A stretch of 63,983 nt of DNA, the filler included, from Octopus bimaculoides (taxonomy: Eukaryota): NCBI RefSeq assembly GCF_001194135.2. It is 9 parts of 9 records of this genome, joined end to end, with 100 filler letters (N's around TTAATTAATTAA, not from the genome) between each part and the next. Parts side by side here need not be neighbours in the genome. Positions count along the whole stretch, not along the records: positions 1 to 12,993 come from NC_068982.1; 8 more parts are not named here. One strand, given 5' to 3'. The position numbers were made by a program, and so were the translations under genes. The notes under the pieces are model-generated. The model was not told the origin of the DNA and searched no databases. It worked only from the letters and a program-made list of their open reading frames with translations. This document shows positions 1 to 13,093 of the stretch, in pieces (position 1 is the first letter of the stretch; each line of letters starts with the position of its first letter).

Positions 1-43
<43 letters not shown>

Positions 44-60
44 TGTATATATATATATAT

Positions 61-300
61 AAATATATTGTCCTGAAGACGCGGCAATTAACAATAAATG
101 CAGACAAAGATGTAAATTTTGCAGTTGTGCGTTAATTGCTGCAGAAGCATATGTAGGTGCAAAAATGAAAAGAAATAATTAACTGCTGAATAAAACTCGA
201 TATAAATCTCTGTTCTCCTTTGATATGTATGTATATTGCGTTATTTCTTCTTATTCCTTATGTTTGACGGATTATGCTGTATTTCTTATATATGTTCATT
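61..300 (+). mobile_element. Penelope-like terminal-repeat remnant with hammerhead-like fold
   Basis: CTGAAGA (73-79), 12-bp stem GCGGCAATTAAC/GTTAATTGCTGC (81-92/131-142), then GAAG-CATATGT-A. Confidence 0.4.
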
Positions 301-1151
301 GAGGGGGTGCGATATGTTGAGTCGTTAACCCAGTGTTTTAATTCTTTAACTAATATATATATATATAACAAATGAAAGACAGAAGATGGAATATATGCAT
401 GTATGGGTACAGGACGTCCGCAATTGTAAACAAAATGAGTACGAAAACAAACAGGTTAAATACGCAAACAACGAGAGAAAAAAAACTGAAAACAGAATAA
501 GTAACACAAAGGACGATCCTTCATCAGTTGTCGGCTGACTATCTACTCCTCATTTCGAGCATTCAATGACAATATGAGTCTTCGAAGACAGTTGCTCCCA
601 TAACTTCCAAAATAAATTTTGGATTTTATGGAGGGTCAAACTCCATAAAATGGAGCGGAAACTGGAGAGGACATGAAATGTAAAAACCAGACTGGATTAG
701 TTTATGCGCAACTCCATTGTCTCCCGAGACAAACAGATGCCAACAATACANNNNNNNNNNNNNNNNNNNNNNNNNNNNNNNNNNNNNNNNNNNNNNNNNN
801 NNNNNNNNNNNNNNNNNNNNNNNNNNNNNNNNNNNNNNNNNNNNNNNNNNNNNNNNNNNNNNNNNNNNNNNNNNNNNNNNNNNNNNNNNNNNNNNNNNNN
901 NNNNNNNNNNNNNNNNNNNNNNNNNNNNNNNNNNNNNNNNNNNNNNNNNNNNNNNNNNNNNNNNNNNNNNNNNNNNNNNNNNNNNNNNNNNNNNNNNNNN
1001 NNNNNNNNNNNNNNNNNNNNNNNNNNNNNNNNNNNNNNNNNNNNNNNNNNNNNNNNNNNNNNNNNNNNNNNNNNNNNNNNNNNNNNNNNNNNNNNNNNNN
1101 NNNNNNNNNNNNNNNNNNNNNNNNNNNTATATATATATATACATGCATATA

Positions 1152-1192
<41 letters not shown>

Positions 1193-2312
1193 AAAATAAG
1201 TACTAAGCTTAAAAAATAAGCCTTGGAGCAAAACATTTCACAGCAGTGCTCTAGCATGACCACCGTCAAATGACTGAAACAAGTTAAAGAATATATATGT
1301 GTATTTATATATATATATATGTGTGTGTGTATGAATGTATGTATATATATATATGTGTGTGTATATATAAGTAAGTTTATCTCATATATATAGAGATAGA
1401 TAGATAGATAGATAGATAGAAACACACACGTAGAGATAGATATTGAGATAATTAATGATAGTGAAGAAATACATAAAACTCCGTCTAGACAACCTCAATG
1501 TAGGAGTCAAATTATAACATCAAAGAGTCCAAGGTGAAGTATAAACCCATTTAATCTCAAGGATCCATCCCAATGTACAGGTCTATTCAAAGCTATAAAA
1601 CACTTCAATGTACCTAACATACCGGTAGAAGAGTACCTGAACGAACCAACAAGACAATAAAGTACCATAGCCAAGTTTTCGTACACTCCCGTTTTTTCTG
1701 ACTAAATTACTATGATTCAATCAATGTATTAAATATCTTGTTATAGTATTATGATCGACTTTCGATATTAAACATCTGGGTAGGGCATTTAGGCAACTCT
1801 AGGCTTTTTAGGTCAATCTGCAATTGCTCAAGTTTGTTTTGAAATGGGTGTATGTGTGTGTGTGCGTGTGTTACATGTATGTATTATATATGAATGTATA
1901 GCTGCATACGTGTACGACACACAGGGGCATGCGCGCGCACACACACACACATACATATATGTATTTGTGTATGTATACATACATATATATGTATATATAT
2001 ACATTTATATATATTATGTATATTATCATTTAATTGAATGCCACGCATCCATTTCCAAGTAAGTTTATCCTAACCTTTTTGATGCGATTCTACTCTTTAC
2101 TGTTTTCTTCCTCGATCCTTCTCTAATGTCCTTTTTCTCCCCTTCACCGTTTTCTATCTCTCTTTCTCTCCCTTTCTTTCTTTTTCTCTCTCTCTCGTTG
2201 CTCACACGTGACCATCGTCCATCTTTCTTTCCCTCACGTGACCATCTTTCTTTGCATTCGATTAATCTCATCCTAAAGTTACTGGCCTCGTGTCAAAATT
2301 TAAATTCAAAAG

Positions 2313-2790
2313 TAGTCAGCCGGCAGAATCGTTAACATGCCAGACAAAATACTTAGCGGTATTTCTTCCGGTTTTATGTTCTGAGCTCAAATTTTCCGTC
2401 GTGGTTGATTTTGCCTGTCCTCCTTTTGATGTCGATGAAATAAGTTCCAGTTGAGCACTGGAGTCGATGTAATCAACTTGCCTTCTCTCCCAAAACTTCA
2501 GGCCTTGTGTCTATAGTAGAAAGAAAGAAAAATGTACCAAAGAAAGTCATTTTCTCTGGAAATGAAAATTAATCTATAAAATTAACTAGCAGAACCGTTA
2601 GCACGCTAGGCGAAATGCTTAGTGACATTTCGTCTGTTTTTATGTTCTGAGTTCAAATTCCACCGAGGTCAACTTTGCCTTTCATCCTTTTCAGGTTTGA
2701 TAAAATAAATACCAGTTGAGCAATGGGGTCGATGCATTCGATTAAGCCTTCCCCCAAATTGCTGGTCTTATGTCAAAACTGGAAACCAAT
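2313..2790 (+). mobile_element. Two tandem copies of the abundant tRNA-derived SINE family M
   Basis: Copies at about 2313-2524 and 2584-2790 share the head (ggcagaatcgttagcac..gcttagcgg..tctgagttcaaatt) and core (ttgcctttcatcctt..gtcgataaaataagtaccagttgagcactggggtcgatg) seen in more than 10 copies in the window. Their 3' tails differ. Confidence 0.85.
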
Positions 2791-3147
2791 ATATAAAGAT
2801 TAACTTCAAAATTTAAAGAGTTTAACAAACTGCAAAACAGCTCAACGTGAACGAAGTAAATTATTAGAACAATCTACAGAAACGAAGAAAAGAAATCGCT
2901 GAATCTCCAGTAGCTTTAACATTCATATCATACGTACGTAAAAACAGTATTGAAGCAGTAGATAAAAGATGTAAAAAAAATAACTTTTTCGCATACAAAC
3001 ACGATAGTCATATTTATTTTGCCGATTTCAATGAATCATTATTTCAATTTTGTTTGTACGTTTTTATTTAATAACATCATTAAAAACGTATGTCCGTCTT
3101 TTTTTTTTACCACGCTCTCGAATTGCATGTTGACAAGCAGAAGACAA

Positions 3148-3178
<31 letters not shown>

Positions 3179-3264
3179 TACTGTAAGGCACTCATACATG
3201 AATACATACATATACATATATATTTATACACATACATACATATATATATGTGTGTGTGTGTGCG

Positions 3265-3510
3265 TTTATCCATCAATCTCTGCGCATTATTCCTTGGAGG
3301 ATCATGGGATAGAGTCGTAAGTCACCTCCTCCGTAGGGTCCTACCAGAAGTAACCATCATTAGACTACCCAGTTGAATTCCCAAGCATTTCCAACTGAGA
3401 CCATGGATATTATCCAACCATCTCCTTCTTGGTCTACCCCTAGTCTCCCGCCGGTTGGTTCGACTTGAAGAATGCGTGATGCGATTCTTTCTTGTGACAT
3501 TTTAATCACA
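3265..3510 (-). mobile_element. RTE-clade LINE 3' fragment (degenerate)
   Basis: Frameshifted minus-strand translation MSQERIASRILQVEPTG/RGRPRRRWLDNIHGLSWKCLG matches the RTE ORF C-terminal motif GxRxRGRPxxxW. Confidence 0.7.
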
Positions 3511-3516
3511 CACAGA

Positions 3517-3556
<40 letters not shown>

Positions 3557-4566
3557 GCACACACACACACATACACACACACAAGCACTTACACATATAG
3601 TTCACAAATGATATCCAGATATTCTTTGTATAGAGGACACTTAGTAACGCACAAAAAATTCAAACTTAGACTCCAATGTCTTTACAGGGCATCATTCCAC
3701 AAGGTAAAGAAAGGCTATAAGAAGGATCAGGTTGAGCGGGTATAGAAGCAATTATTGAGATAAGAAAATAAAACACATCAAATATATTTAATATATTAAT
3801 ACACTTAGCTATCAACATTTAATCATTCCATCTTTGAACTTATCTGTATTAAGACCTGATGTTGGAGGCTCGTCTCATCCACACGACTGCATTTTGTAAT
3901 GGACTAAATCTGCTAACATTATTAGGGATCTCTGAGCCCCCAGAGTCAGCTGTCGGACTCATAATACCTTTATCATTTGTACTCTGTGTAAGTTGCACCT
4001 ATTTATACACTAGTATATATATCTATTAATGGCACTGTGAAGATTTGTAAGACATTCCAAAATTTCTCCATCTGAGATTCTTATGTATATGCTTCGCAAC
4101 CAACACATCAACTCAACTACATATTTACAAATACCGAGAACTCTTAACTCAAAAAGTCTTTTCCTTTTGTGAGCGGCCGGTTATCAACAAGAAAAATCAT
4201 ACATATCGGCACAAGGAATAGTTTCCAGTCTTCTTTCTTTCTTTCTTTCTTTCAACACAAGGAATATTGATGGCACGTTCTCATCTAGACTTCTACGAAG
4301 AGTAGACATAACAGACCTGCTATTGTTATTTGGAGCTGAAAAGACGCCATTGTATAGTCAAAGAGGTCAGTGGTCCTGCAAATGTGAAAATCTCTTCGAA
4401 AAACATCGAGAAGGAGAATATCTATGAACAACTACTTTGAAATTTGCAGCTCTTTTATCCGGATTATAAATTTATATACATACCAATAATTATTGGTATG
4501 TATGTAAAATGATTATAATCATTGGTGCGCACAGTTATATTGGTGAATGTCTAATCAACAATCTTA

Positions 4567-4953
4567 GGAGGCGCAATGGCCCAGTAGTTAGGGCAGCGGA
4601 CTCGTGGTCATAGGATCGCGGTTTCGATTCTCAGACCGGGCATTGTGAGTGTTTATTGAGCGAAAACACCTAAAGCTCCACGAGACTCCGACAGGGGATG
4701 GTGGCGAACCCTGCTGAACTCTTTCACCACAACTTTCTCTCACTCTTACTTCCTGTTTCTGTTGTGCCTGTAATTCAAAGGGTCAGCCTTGTCACACTGT
4801 GTCACGCTGAATATCCCCGAGAACTACGTTAAGGGTACACGTGTCTGTGGAGTGCTCAGCCACTTGCACGTTAATTTCACGAGCAGGCTGTTCCGTTGAT
4901 CGGATCAACTGGAACCCTCGACGTCGTAAGCGACGGAGTGCCAACAACAACAA
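4567..4953 (+). mobile_element. Full-length tRNA-headed SINE, family A, with (CAA)n tail
   Basis: Head GGAGGCGCAATGGCCCAGTAGTTAGG..GGTTTCGATTCTC (A/B-box-like), (CAA)n tail, flanked by AATCAACAATCT (4553-4564) and AATCAACGATCT (4953-4964) as a probable TSD. Near-identical copies at 9842-10228 and 13094-13410. Confidence 0.9.
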
Positions 4954-5664
4954 ATCAACGATCTGGAGAGGCTAGGACTTTCAAGCGAAAAAGAGAACGA
5001 CTAACACCAACTTTGCAGATGCAATGTGTAAGTGAAACAGTATAAATATGAAAGACTTGCCCAAAGTTAAATACGTAACGATTATTGTTATTGTTAACCA
5101 ATTTTCTTTCTTTCTTAGAAACCAGTTCTCTCCTCTAAGGGAGAATGCTAATAACGAAAGTGACACCATACTTACAAACATATGTACGTGTGTGTGTATA
5201 TGTACGTACGTATGTATGTTTATGTTTACATACATACGTATATACATACATACATACAAGCATACACACATACATACATACATACATACATGCATACATA
5301 CATACATACATACATTCTCACACACCGACACCTACATACAATTTGGTTTACAAATTTACGTTGTTAATATACATTAACGAAAAAAAAGACAAAAGAGGAA
5401 GAAGAAGAAAAAAAACGGAAAGATCCTCTTGAAAATAATTATATAAAAGCTACAAACAAAAACATCCCACCAACGTGAACAACAACAAGAAAATCCATTT
5501 ATGGATTAGCAAATAACAAATAGGAAAGAATAAAAATGTAAATTTACATGTAAATTTAACATGTTTCTCTACGAAACCCTTTTATTCAGTGAAATTTTGT
5601 AGGCGATATTCATTCTTAGTATAAATAAAGCTGGTTTGATTTTTAAATAACAAATAGTTTCCAG

Positions 5665-5740
<76 letters not shown>

Positions 5741-6249
5741 GTGTGCTCTCTCAATAACTGTTTCCGGTCTCAATCTACTTTTGTAACAAGAGGATTTGCC
5801 TAATAATTATTTATATATTCACGTTCTCTAGTCGTCCCTGTTAAAGTAGAGGTGGTATTTGATCGTAATGGTGTTAGTAGTTGCAACAGCTGTAATAGTA
5901 GTAGTAGTAGTAGTAGTTGTTGTTATACTGAAGTAATGGTGGTGGTAACATTGACAATAGTAACACAACAAGAGGCATAGCTGCCGTATGATTAAGGCGT
6001 TTGCTTCAAAACCACGATGTTCCAGGTTTGATCCCACACAGTGGAATCTTAAGCAAGTCTCACTCTTGGACTATATTCCAGGGTAACTTAAAAATGTTTT
6101 GGCGGTAACAGTACGAAACACTATTCTGTATATATGGTTTCTACACTGCTGATTTTTCCCGACCGGGCAGTCAGTGTTGTTGACCGGTTTTAGCTAAAGC
6201 TACGTTTTTAGATCTGCTCAGAGTTACCTCCCTTCGGTATTTCCCATTG

Positions 6250-6890
6250 AGAACAGCTATAGAGCTAGAAACTGGACAGATGAGGTGTTTTATATCATTT
6301 GTAACACCTGTGGTTAAGTATGGTCGCGCATCCTACCCATATGTTCACAAGTACACTTCTTCACATAATCTTCAGAGTGGGTCCTTTTGCACTGCTCTCC
6401 TCTGCTGGTTTGCTGCTGTTCAAAAAGTGTTGTGCACTTATCGGAGAAGAAAAGAGATGCGAATGAACTCTAATCGCCAAAATTCAAGTCGTGTGGATTT
6501 CGGCTTAGAGCAGATCTCACTCCAACGTCCTTTTTAGTCCATATTCTACGGCCCTAAATTTTTGCTCTTTCTCTTCTAGGTGATGGAACTTAGCATTGTT
6601 TGTGTCTCTCTTCTGCGTTCGATCTGTTTTCCACTGTTACAAGAAGTGATATGTTCCCAAGAAAGACCCTTAAATTTCCGGTAGTGTCGTTCCATTTCAG
6701 CTACCCGTCTACGTCCCAATCCTGTTGTAACGTCTACATATCTAATCCTTTCTCCAGTCTGGAGTCTATGTACATCATTACAACACTGCAATTTACCACC
6801 TTGTTCTCAATTCGTAATTGCCGACATCTGTCTCCATTATACAGCTTTATTGATGTGAAATCTTTCTTCGTCATATCTCGTCGCCTTCCT
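6250..6890 (-). mobile_element. Degenerate RLE-type non-LTR retrotransposon fragment (HERO-like)
   Basis: Minus-strand segments VTTGLGRRRV and FWRLEFIRISFLLR*VHNTF*TAANQQRRAVQKDPL*RLCEE resemble the HERO/R2-group region RISFLLRSVYDxLPxPxNLxxWxxxxDPxCxLC preceding the CCHC finger. Many stops. Confidence 0.6.
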
Positions 6891-7455
6891 TAGATATCAT
6901 TGGCAATTCATAGATCGCCAGTGGTCATATTAGTATCAGCTTTCTAAGATAGAAAAGCCAGGCAAAGAATTGTCCTGTTAAATCTGATCCCTCTTTAGAC
7001 TTCAGTCAGTTATTAACCTGTTCTGTAAGTAAAAAGGTCATAATACCACTGCGCTAGGCATTTTACTGGGGATTTTCTCAATTGCTAGCATAACTTCCCG
7101 TTGAGCTTGGACTTGAAACTTTCTGGTTACTTTCAAACTTCTGATCAGCAATCTTTTGTTTTATCTGAGCTAGATTTATGTGCATTTTCAGACACACACA
7201 CAAACACACATGTAAGTATGTACATATATATGTATGCATGTGTATGTTTATACATACGCACACACACACATATGTAAATAAACATCTATGTATGCATATA
7301 CATATATATGTAATATATGCATATAGACATATCCATATACGCACATGTGTGTGTGTATATATATATGTATATATATATTTATATACATATGTGTGAATAT
7401 GTATATGCATAACCTAACTGTCTGGATGTTTCGCGTTCTTGTCCCATTTTGTATT

Positions 7456-7491
<36 letters not shown>

Positions 7492-7829
7492 NNNNNNNNN
7501 NNNNNNNNNNNNNNNNNNNNNNNNNNNNNNNNNNNNNNNNNNNNNNNNNNNNNNNNNNNNNNNNNNNNNNNNNNNNNNNNNNNNNNNNNNNNNNNNNNNN
7601 NNNNNNNNNNNNNNNNNNNNNNNNNNNNNNNNNNNNNNNNNNNNNNNNNNNNNNNNNNNNNNNNNNNNNNNNNNNNNNNNNNNNNNNNNNNNNNNNNNNN
7701 NNNNNNNNNNNNNNNNNNNNNNNNNNNNNNNNNNNNNNNNNNNNNNNNNNNNNNNNNNNNNNNNNNNNNNNNNNNNNNNNNNNNNNNAGCGGCGTACGTA
7801 CACTTTGGTCTCTTATATGTAAGTACATA

Positions 7830-8540
7830 TTTACCTAAATCTTGTACGACTCTATTTTTTCTTTCTATCAGCCCTTTCACGCTTATTCGTTCATTCCACT
7901 CTTCGTTCTTTCGTTCCCCCTCTCTCACATTTCCCTGTCTTCTCTTCTTGCTCACTTTCCCTCCTCTTTTCACTTCACTGTGTCCCTGTCATTTTTTTCT
8001 CGCCTCTCCTTAATTCTTCTGTCTCTCTGCCTCTACCTCTCTCTTCTCTCCCCCACGTGACCGGTATTCGGCCAAGCCTGATCTTTCTTTCTTGGTTCGG
8101 CCGTGGTCCGTGCAACATCTATATTCCTCCCTGTGCCTGTGAAACCTTGTATCCCTGCCGTAAGGCTTTATTTCGTCACACGCCAGCTTAATTTAATTCG
8201 TCCTAAGTCGAAAGACACCTGTTGTTAAGTCCTGTTATTTGTATTTGTGTAACATTCTCCGTTTTTTTTTCCGTCCTTGTTTTCGTATACATTCGCTGTT
8301 TTCTTCCAAGGAATCTAATGCTCTTAGCTTAGTTTTTCCTTGGGGCTAGCCAGATTGGAACAATCTCGAGTACAACTAGCCGAAATTGCAAAGATAATCT
8401 GGAACTCGACTGAGGAAAGAAAACTCCGAATGACCCATCCTTGTTTTCTTTGTATCGTCTATCTGGATGCTTTGTTGTCCCTTTTTTGTATCACCTAACT
8501 GACCTGATGTTTTGCGTTCTTGTCCCATTTTGTATTATAT
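7830..8540 (+). mobile_element. Pyrimidine-rich non-coding repeat, probably Penelope-like terminal repeat; 3' end also present at 7412-7455
   Basis: The 3' segment cctaactg..gatgttt.gcgttcttgtcccattttgtatt occurs at about 7412-7455 and 8492-8535. Internal stem GGCTAG/CTAGCC followed by GAAA (about 8343-8385). A related piece with cacgtgacc lies at 2060-2250. Confidence 0.45.
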
Positions 8541-9304
8541 ATATATATGTATATGTATATCTATACGTATATGTATATATATATATATATGTATATTCAT
8601 GCCGTTGCTATTATGTTAAACTGTCGTATGTCCAAATTTGGCCTAATCCGTTGTTTTCACCATTTATTTTTGCATGCAGTAGCCGGTTCCTTGGTCAGAC
8701 TGTCGTATCTCCAGCTGCTTCAGGTGCCAAAATATCAAAAAATTGTCGGTGTTAGTACAACGGTTTTGTTATGGGATCGTGAAACTATTTTCCGGTTTTC
8801 TGAAAAAAAACAAAAAACAACGTTTGGACTTACGACACTTTTGCATAATAGCAACGATACACACGCACACAGACATATAAACGCGGGCGCGCATATTCGA
8901 GCCTCTGTGTGCGTATGCATAGATATACATATGCATGTGCGTTGGAGCGTGATTGTGAGTGTGTGTGTGAAAACTAGTTTTTTAATACTTTTTTTTTATA
9001 ACGTCATTTTATTGAATAAGCAATAAGCCACACTATTCTATAGAGAATACATTAACCGAGTATAGTATTCATTTGTAAAGAGACACATGTGTGTATAGAA
9101 CGATCTTATGTATTTCGGCTTTGTAGATAAATGAACAGATAAAATAGGAAACGAACCGTGTGCAGATATAGTTTATTATATTTTCGTGGTTGTTTAGATT
9201 TATGAGAAGCCTTATTTATATCAAATCTTATACACGCATGAATGATTGCAGGTACACACATACTCATATATATACGCGCGGCCGAACGTTTATGTACGGT
9301 TCTA

Positions 9305-9340
<36 letters not shown>

Positions 9341-9841
9341 TTCAACTCGTCGTTGCCGTGTCTCTAGCGATTTGTCCTATATACACACAGCCATACATGC
9401 ATATATACATACATACATACATACAGGCATACACACACACACACACACTCATACACACATATATATTCACACTCATACACACATACATGCAAACACGTAC
9501 GCACACACGTACATGCACACACACACACACACACACGTACTCTCACACATACACATACACACTCACATACAAAGATTCATAGCACCGACTACCTGTTGAG
9601 TCGTTGTGCATTCTCAGCGATTAAGTATCTCGGATAAACTAAAATTACTATATCTGGGCTATAAGCCTACATACAACATGCTATATATATAATACACACA
9701 CACACACACACTCACACACAGAGCAAATCTTGGAAATAAATGGGCCAATAGCATGAATATAGCTATTTGATGCAAGTAGTGATCTACTTAACGAATTGTA
9801 GCTACTTCTTAGAAGTAGAAAGAAAATAAATACTTAGTAGT

Positions 9842-10228
9842 TGTTGTTGTTGACACTCCGTCGCTTACGACGTCGAGGGTTCCAGTTGATCCGATCAACG
9901 GAACAGCCTGCTCGTGAAATTAACGTGCAAGTGGCTGAGCACTCCACAGACACGTGTACCCTTAACGTAGTTCTCGGGGATATTCAGCATAACAGAGTGT
10001 GACAAGGCTGGCCCTTTGAATTACAGGCACAACAGAAACAGGAAGAAAGAGTGAGAGAAAGTTGTGGTGGAAGAGTACAGCAGGGTTCGCCACCATCCCC
10101 TGCCGGCGCCTCGTGGAGCTTTAGGTGTTTTCGCTCAATAAACACTCACAACGCCCGGTCTGAGAATCGAAACCGCGATCCTATGACCGCGAGTCCGCTG
10201 CCCTAACCACTGGGCCATTGCGCCTCCT
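9842..10228 (-). mobile_element. Full-length SINE family A (inverted relative to 4567-4953)
   Basis: Reverse complement differs from the 4567 copy at about 14 positions by eye. Exact 9-bp TSD CTTAGTAGT at 9833-9841 and 10229-10237. Confidence 0.92.
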
Positions 10229-10759
10229 CTTAGTAGTAATCGCTATCAAACCTTAAAGAAATGGGGCTATGATTGAAAGTCTTGCTTTAATTCCACTTGT
10301 AGTGGTAAAAGAATATTGTAGCGCCTGTGCTCTGTGTTATTGGATTTAGTCTCCATTCCATTTTAAGGAAGTGTCAGCGATGCATGTACACCAGAGGTGT
10401 TCATAAGCTAATTCCTCAAATTGTCAATCAATATCAGATCAATCAACAATGCACTGAAATTAACAGCTGTACACTTTAAATTTTTGTTCAGTGATTTAGA
10501 TATTTTCGGAGCATTACCACGTTTAATTGTTGCTCGTTGAGTGTGATGAAATTTTTTTGTAAAATCAACTACTTTTATTACTTTTTGTTTTTTAATCGTT
10601 GTCTAGAATTATTTTGTGAATTTGTACGATATTCTGGTCGAAATTTTTTACGACAAAAGTGCCCTTGTTCTACAGTATAAGCTTTCTAACTTCTCTGGTT
10701 TGGAAGATGATATCATATTGGATTCTTTTGTTCATTATGCTTAATTTGTCAATCACAAC

Positions 10760-11100
10760 TGTATCTGCTTATAAAGTACCTTTGTGATCTTTCAGTGTGA
10801 TGTATGCTTAATGTATTGTTAGGTTCTCTTCTATCTGTAATGTTGCTAATAAATTTAGTTCTCTGTTCTATATGTCGAGGTTTTATTTTTTAATATGCTT
10901 TGGTAATGTTGTCCAGGCAGAGTTTTTTGTGAGTATCTTTGTCTGTTGCATACAGCTTTTTCCTTTGTCTTTAAATATCCAGGTTTTCTCTGACATCATA
11001 GTGATACGATGTTTGAATGTAATTTATTTTGGAAACTAAGTTATTTTTAGATCTTACAGTCTTCACTGTGTTTATGAGAATCATTTGGAATTTATTTGTG
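10760..11100 (-). mobile_element. Degenerate Penelope-like element RT N-terminal fragment
   Basis: Minus-strand pieces HKKLCLDNITKAY*K and AYITLKDHK match motifs typical of one group of PLE ORFs (KLLxxNITKxYKK; AF/YITLKDHK). Frameshifted. Confidence 0.5.
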
Positions 11101-11214
11101 TTGTTAAGTTGTAGGTTTTGATGCCAGACGTTTGTCGCATGGTGCGTCACCTTTCTTTTTCTCTAAGTGGTAAGCATTCCACTACATACGTTTGATTATA
11201 TCATCTAGAACCAG

Positions 11215-12320
11215 AAGAAATGTCGCTAAGTATTTTGTCTGATACGCTAACGATTCTACCTGCTCACCGATAGTTTCTGATTTAGGCAGAAGACCAGCAA
11301 CTTTGAGATAATGGGGATTAGTTGATACCATTAACCCTGTACTTAACTATCACCTTAATTTATCGGTCCCATAGAGATAAAAGGCAAAGTTGACTTCAGT
11401 ATATTAATGGTTTCTATTTTGGACACTAGTTCAGAAATTTTGATGTGAGGCGAGTTAACCGATACTACCGACTTCAGTTGTGGAGGTGCGTGGCTTAGTG
11501 GTTAGTGCTGTTGGACTCGTGATCGTAAAATTGCGGGCGACGCGTTGTGTTCTTGAGCAAAACACTTCATTTCACGTTGCTCCAGTTTTGCCTAGCTGGC
11601 AAAACTGAGTAATCCTGTGACGGACTGGGGTCCTGTCCAGGTGGATAATTTATACGCCATGAAACCGGGAAACCGGCCCTTATGAGTCGAGATGACTCGA
11701 GAAGGTAATTTTGCCTTTTACTTCTACCGATTTTAGTAATCAACTGATATTTTATTTCAACGACCCTGGAAGAATGAAAGTTGACCTCGGCGGAATTTGA
11801 ACTCAGAATGTAAAGAGCCTGAACAAATGCTACAAAACGTTTTTCTGACGATCTGCTGATTCTGTCAGCTCATCGCCCTCTATCTATTTAAATTAGATAC
11901 AAGCTCTGAAAGTTAGGGATGGGGGATGGATTTAATCGGTGCCATCGATCCCAGTACTTTAGTGGTACTTATTTTATCGATCTCGGAAGGATGAAAGAGC
12001 TAAGTTAACCTTAGCGGGTTCTGAACTCAGAATGAGAAGGCTCGAAACTGAATTAAAATAATAATCTTTTCTACTATAGGCACAAGGCCTGAAATTTTGG
12101 AGGAGTAGGAGAGACTAGTCAATTTCATCGACCCTAGTACTTAACTGGTACTATTTTATCGACTCCGAAAGGATGAAAGACAAAGTGGATCTCGGAGGTA
12201 TGTTAATAATAATTATGCTCAAAGTTCCAATTCCGCCTTGACAGACTTCGCCTTTCATCCTTTCGAGGTTGATAAAATAAGTACTAGTTAAGCACTGGTG
12301 TCGATGTGATCAACGTAACT
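11215..12320. mobile_element. Pile-up of at least five SINE family M fragments (mostly minus) around one family B SINE
   Basis: Repeated ggatgaaaggcaaagtcgac/ctcggcggaatttgaactcagaa/gtactggtact-like motifs at about 11215-11410, 11730-11880, 11900-12050, 12062-12200 (minus) and 12220-12320 (plus). Confidence 0.8.
11482..11720 (+). mobile_element. tRNA-headed SINE family B
   Basis: Head GGAGGTGCGTGGCTTAGTGGTTAG, body gttgtgttcttgagcaaaacacttcatttcacgttgctccagt, tail gccatgaaaccgggaaaccggcccttatgag. The same tail recurs inverted at about 26960-27035. Confidence 0.8.
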
Positions 12321-12993
12321 ACTTCAGTGTTATAGTATAAAAACTGCACTCCTCTGCTGAGCTATGCTGAGCCGGTGTGGTAGAGTTGGCTCTTCAAACC
12401 AATGTGATCTCAAGCTCAAATTCACGGCCTCCACAGCACACTGTGGTAAGTGGAGAGAAAATACTGAGGCCTTCCGCCCGGCAGAGGACTGAACATAGGA
12501 TATCCAATCCAATCCAATCCAATAATAATTATAATGATCTCTGACGTAGGTAGACGGCCAAAAACCCAAAACATCACATACTATTTTCCTGACTATTGGT
12601 CGTTAAAAATATATTAGAAGAATTAAAAACAATAACATTAGGGGGTGGAGAGGGGAAAAAAATAACCAAAATAAAAACAGAACAGTAACAATTGCAACAA
12701 AAATAACAATAAAAATACAATAGCAACAGCAGCAACTGAAAAGCCAAAAAAAGAAAAACAAAAAATAAAAAAAAACAAACAAAATTCTGAAAAACGAAAA
12801 CAGCAACAAAGCGACCGACAAAAACAACAACAACAACAACAAAACCAATCTCGACAACTCTACTCCACCACAGAAAAAAATCAGATTTGAATTAAATCTG
12901 GGAATGATGTGAGAAAAAGTGGGTGTGTCAATTGCAGATACAATAGCGAAAAGAATAGCTTATATTTCTTATGATGTTTTTCAAACGGTAAAT

Positions 12994-13093
12994 NNNNNNN
13001 NNNNNNNNNNNNNNNNNNNNNNNNNNNNNNNNNNNNNTTAATTAATTAANNNNNNNNNNNNNNNNNNNNNNNNNNNNNNNNNNNNNNNNNNNN
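12994..13093. other. Assembly spacer: 44 N + TTAATTAATTAA + 44 N (one of eight)
   Basis: Identical 100-nt spacers at 12994-13093, 21025-21124, 29599-29698, 42414-42513, 48328-48427, 54295-54394, 60713-60812 and 62074-62173. Confidence 0.97.

Noticed and set aside
495-535. Hammerhead-like CTGATGAA-GGA/TCC on the minus strand
   Set aside because: No GAAA follows the stem, so the core is incomplete.
1440-4200. Faint Penelope-like RT traces at about 1540-1700 and 3980-4150
   Set aside because: Only scattered motif resemblance (GLFKAIKH..PNIP; TYLQIPRT) with many stops; too weak to call without a search.
4567-4640. tRNA genes at SINE heads (also 11482, 25527, 51590)
   Set aside because: A/B boxes are present but there is no complete cloverleaf or acceptor stem, and each continues into a repeat body.
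13038-13049. Recurrent palindrome-like TTAATTAATTAA islands inside N runs (8 occurrences)
   Set aside because: Always centred in an exactly 100-nt spacer (44 N each side) and encoding stops in all six frames: an assembly linker, not biology.
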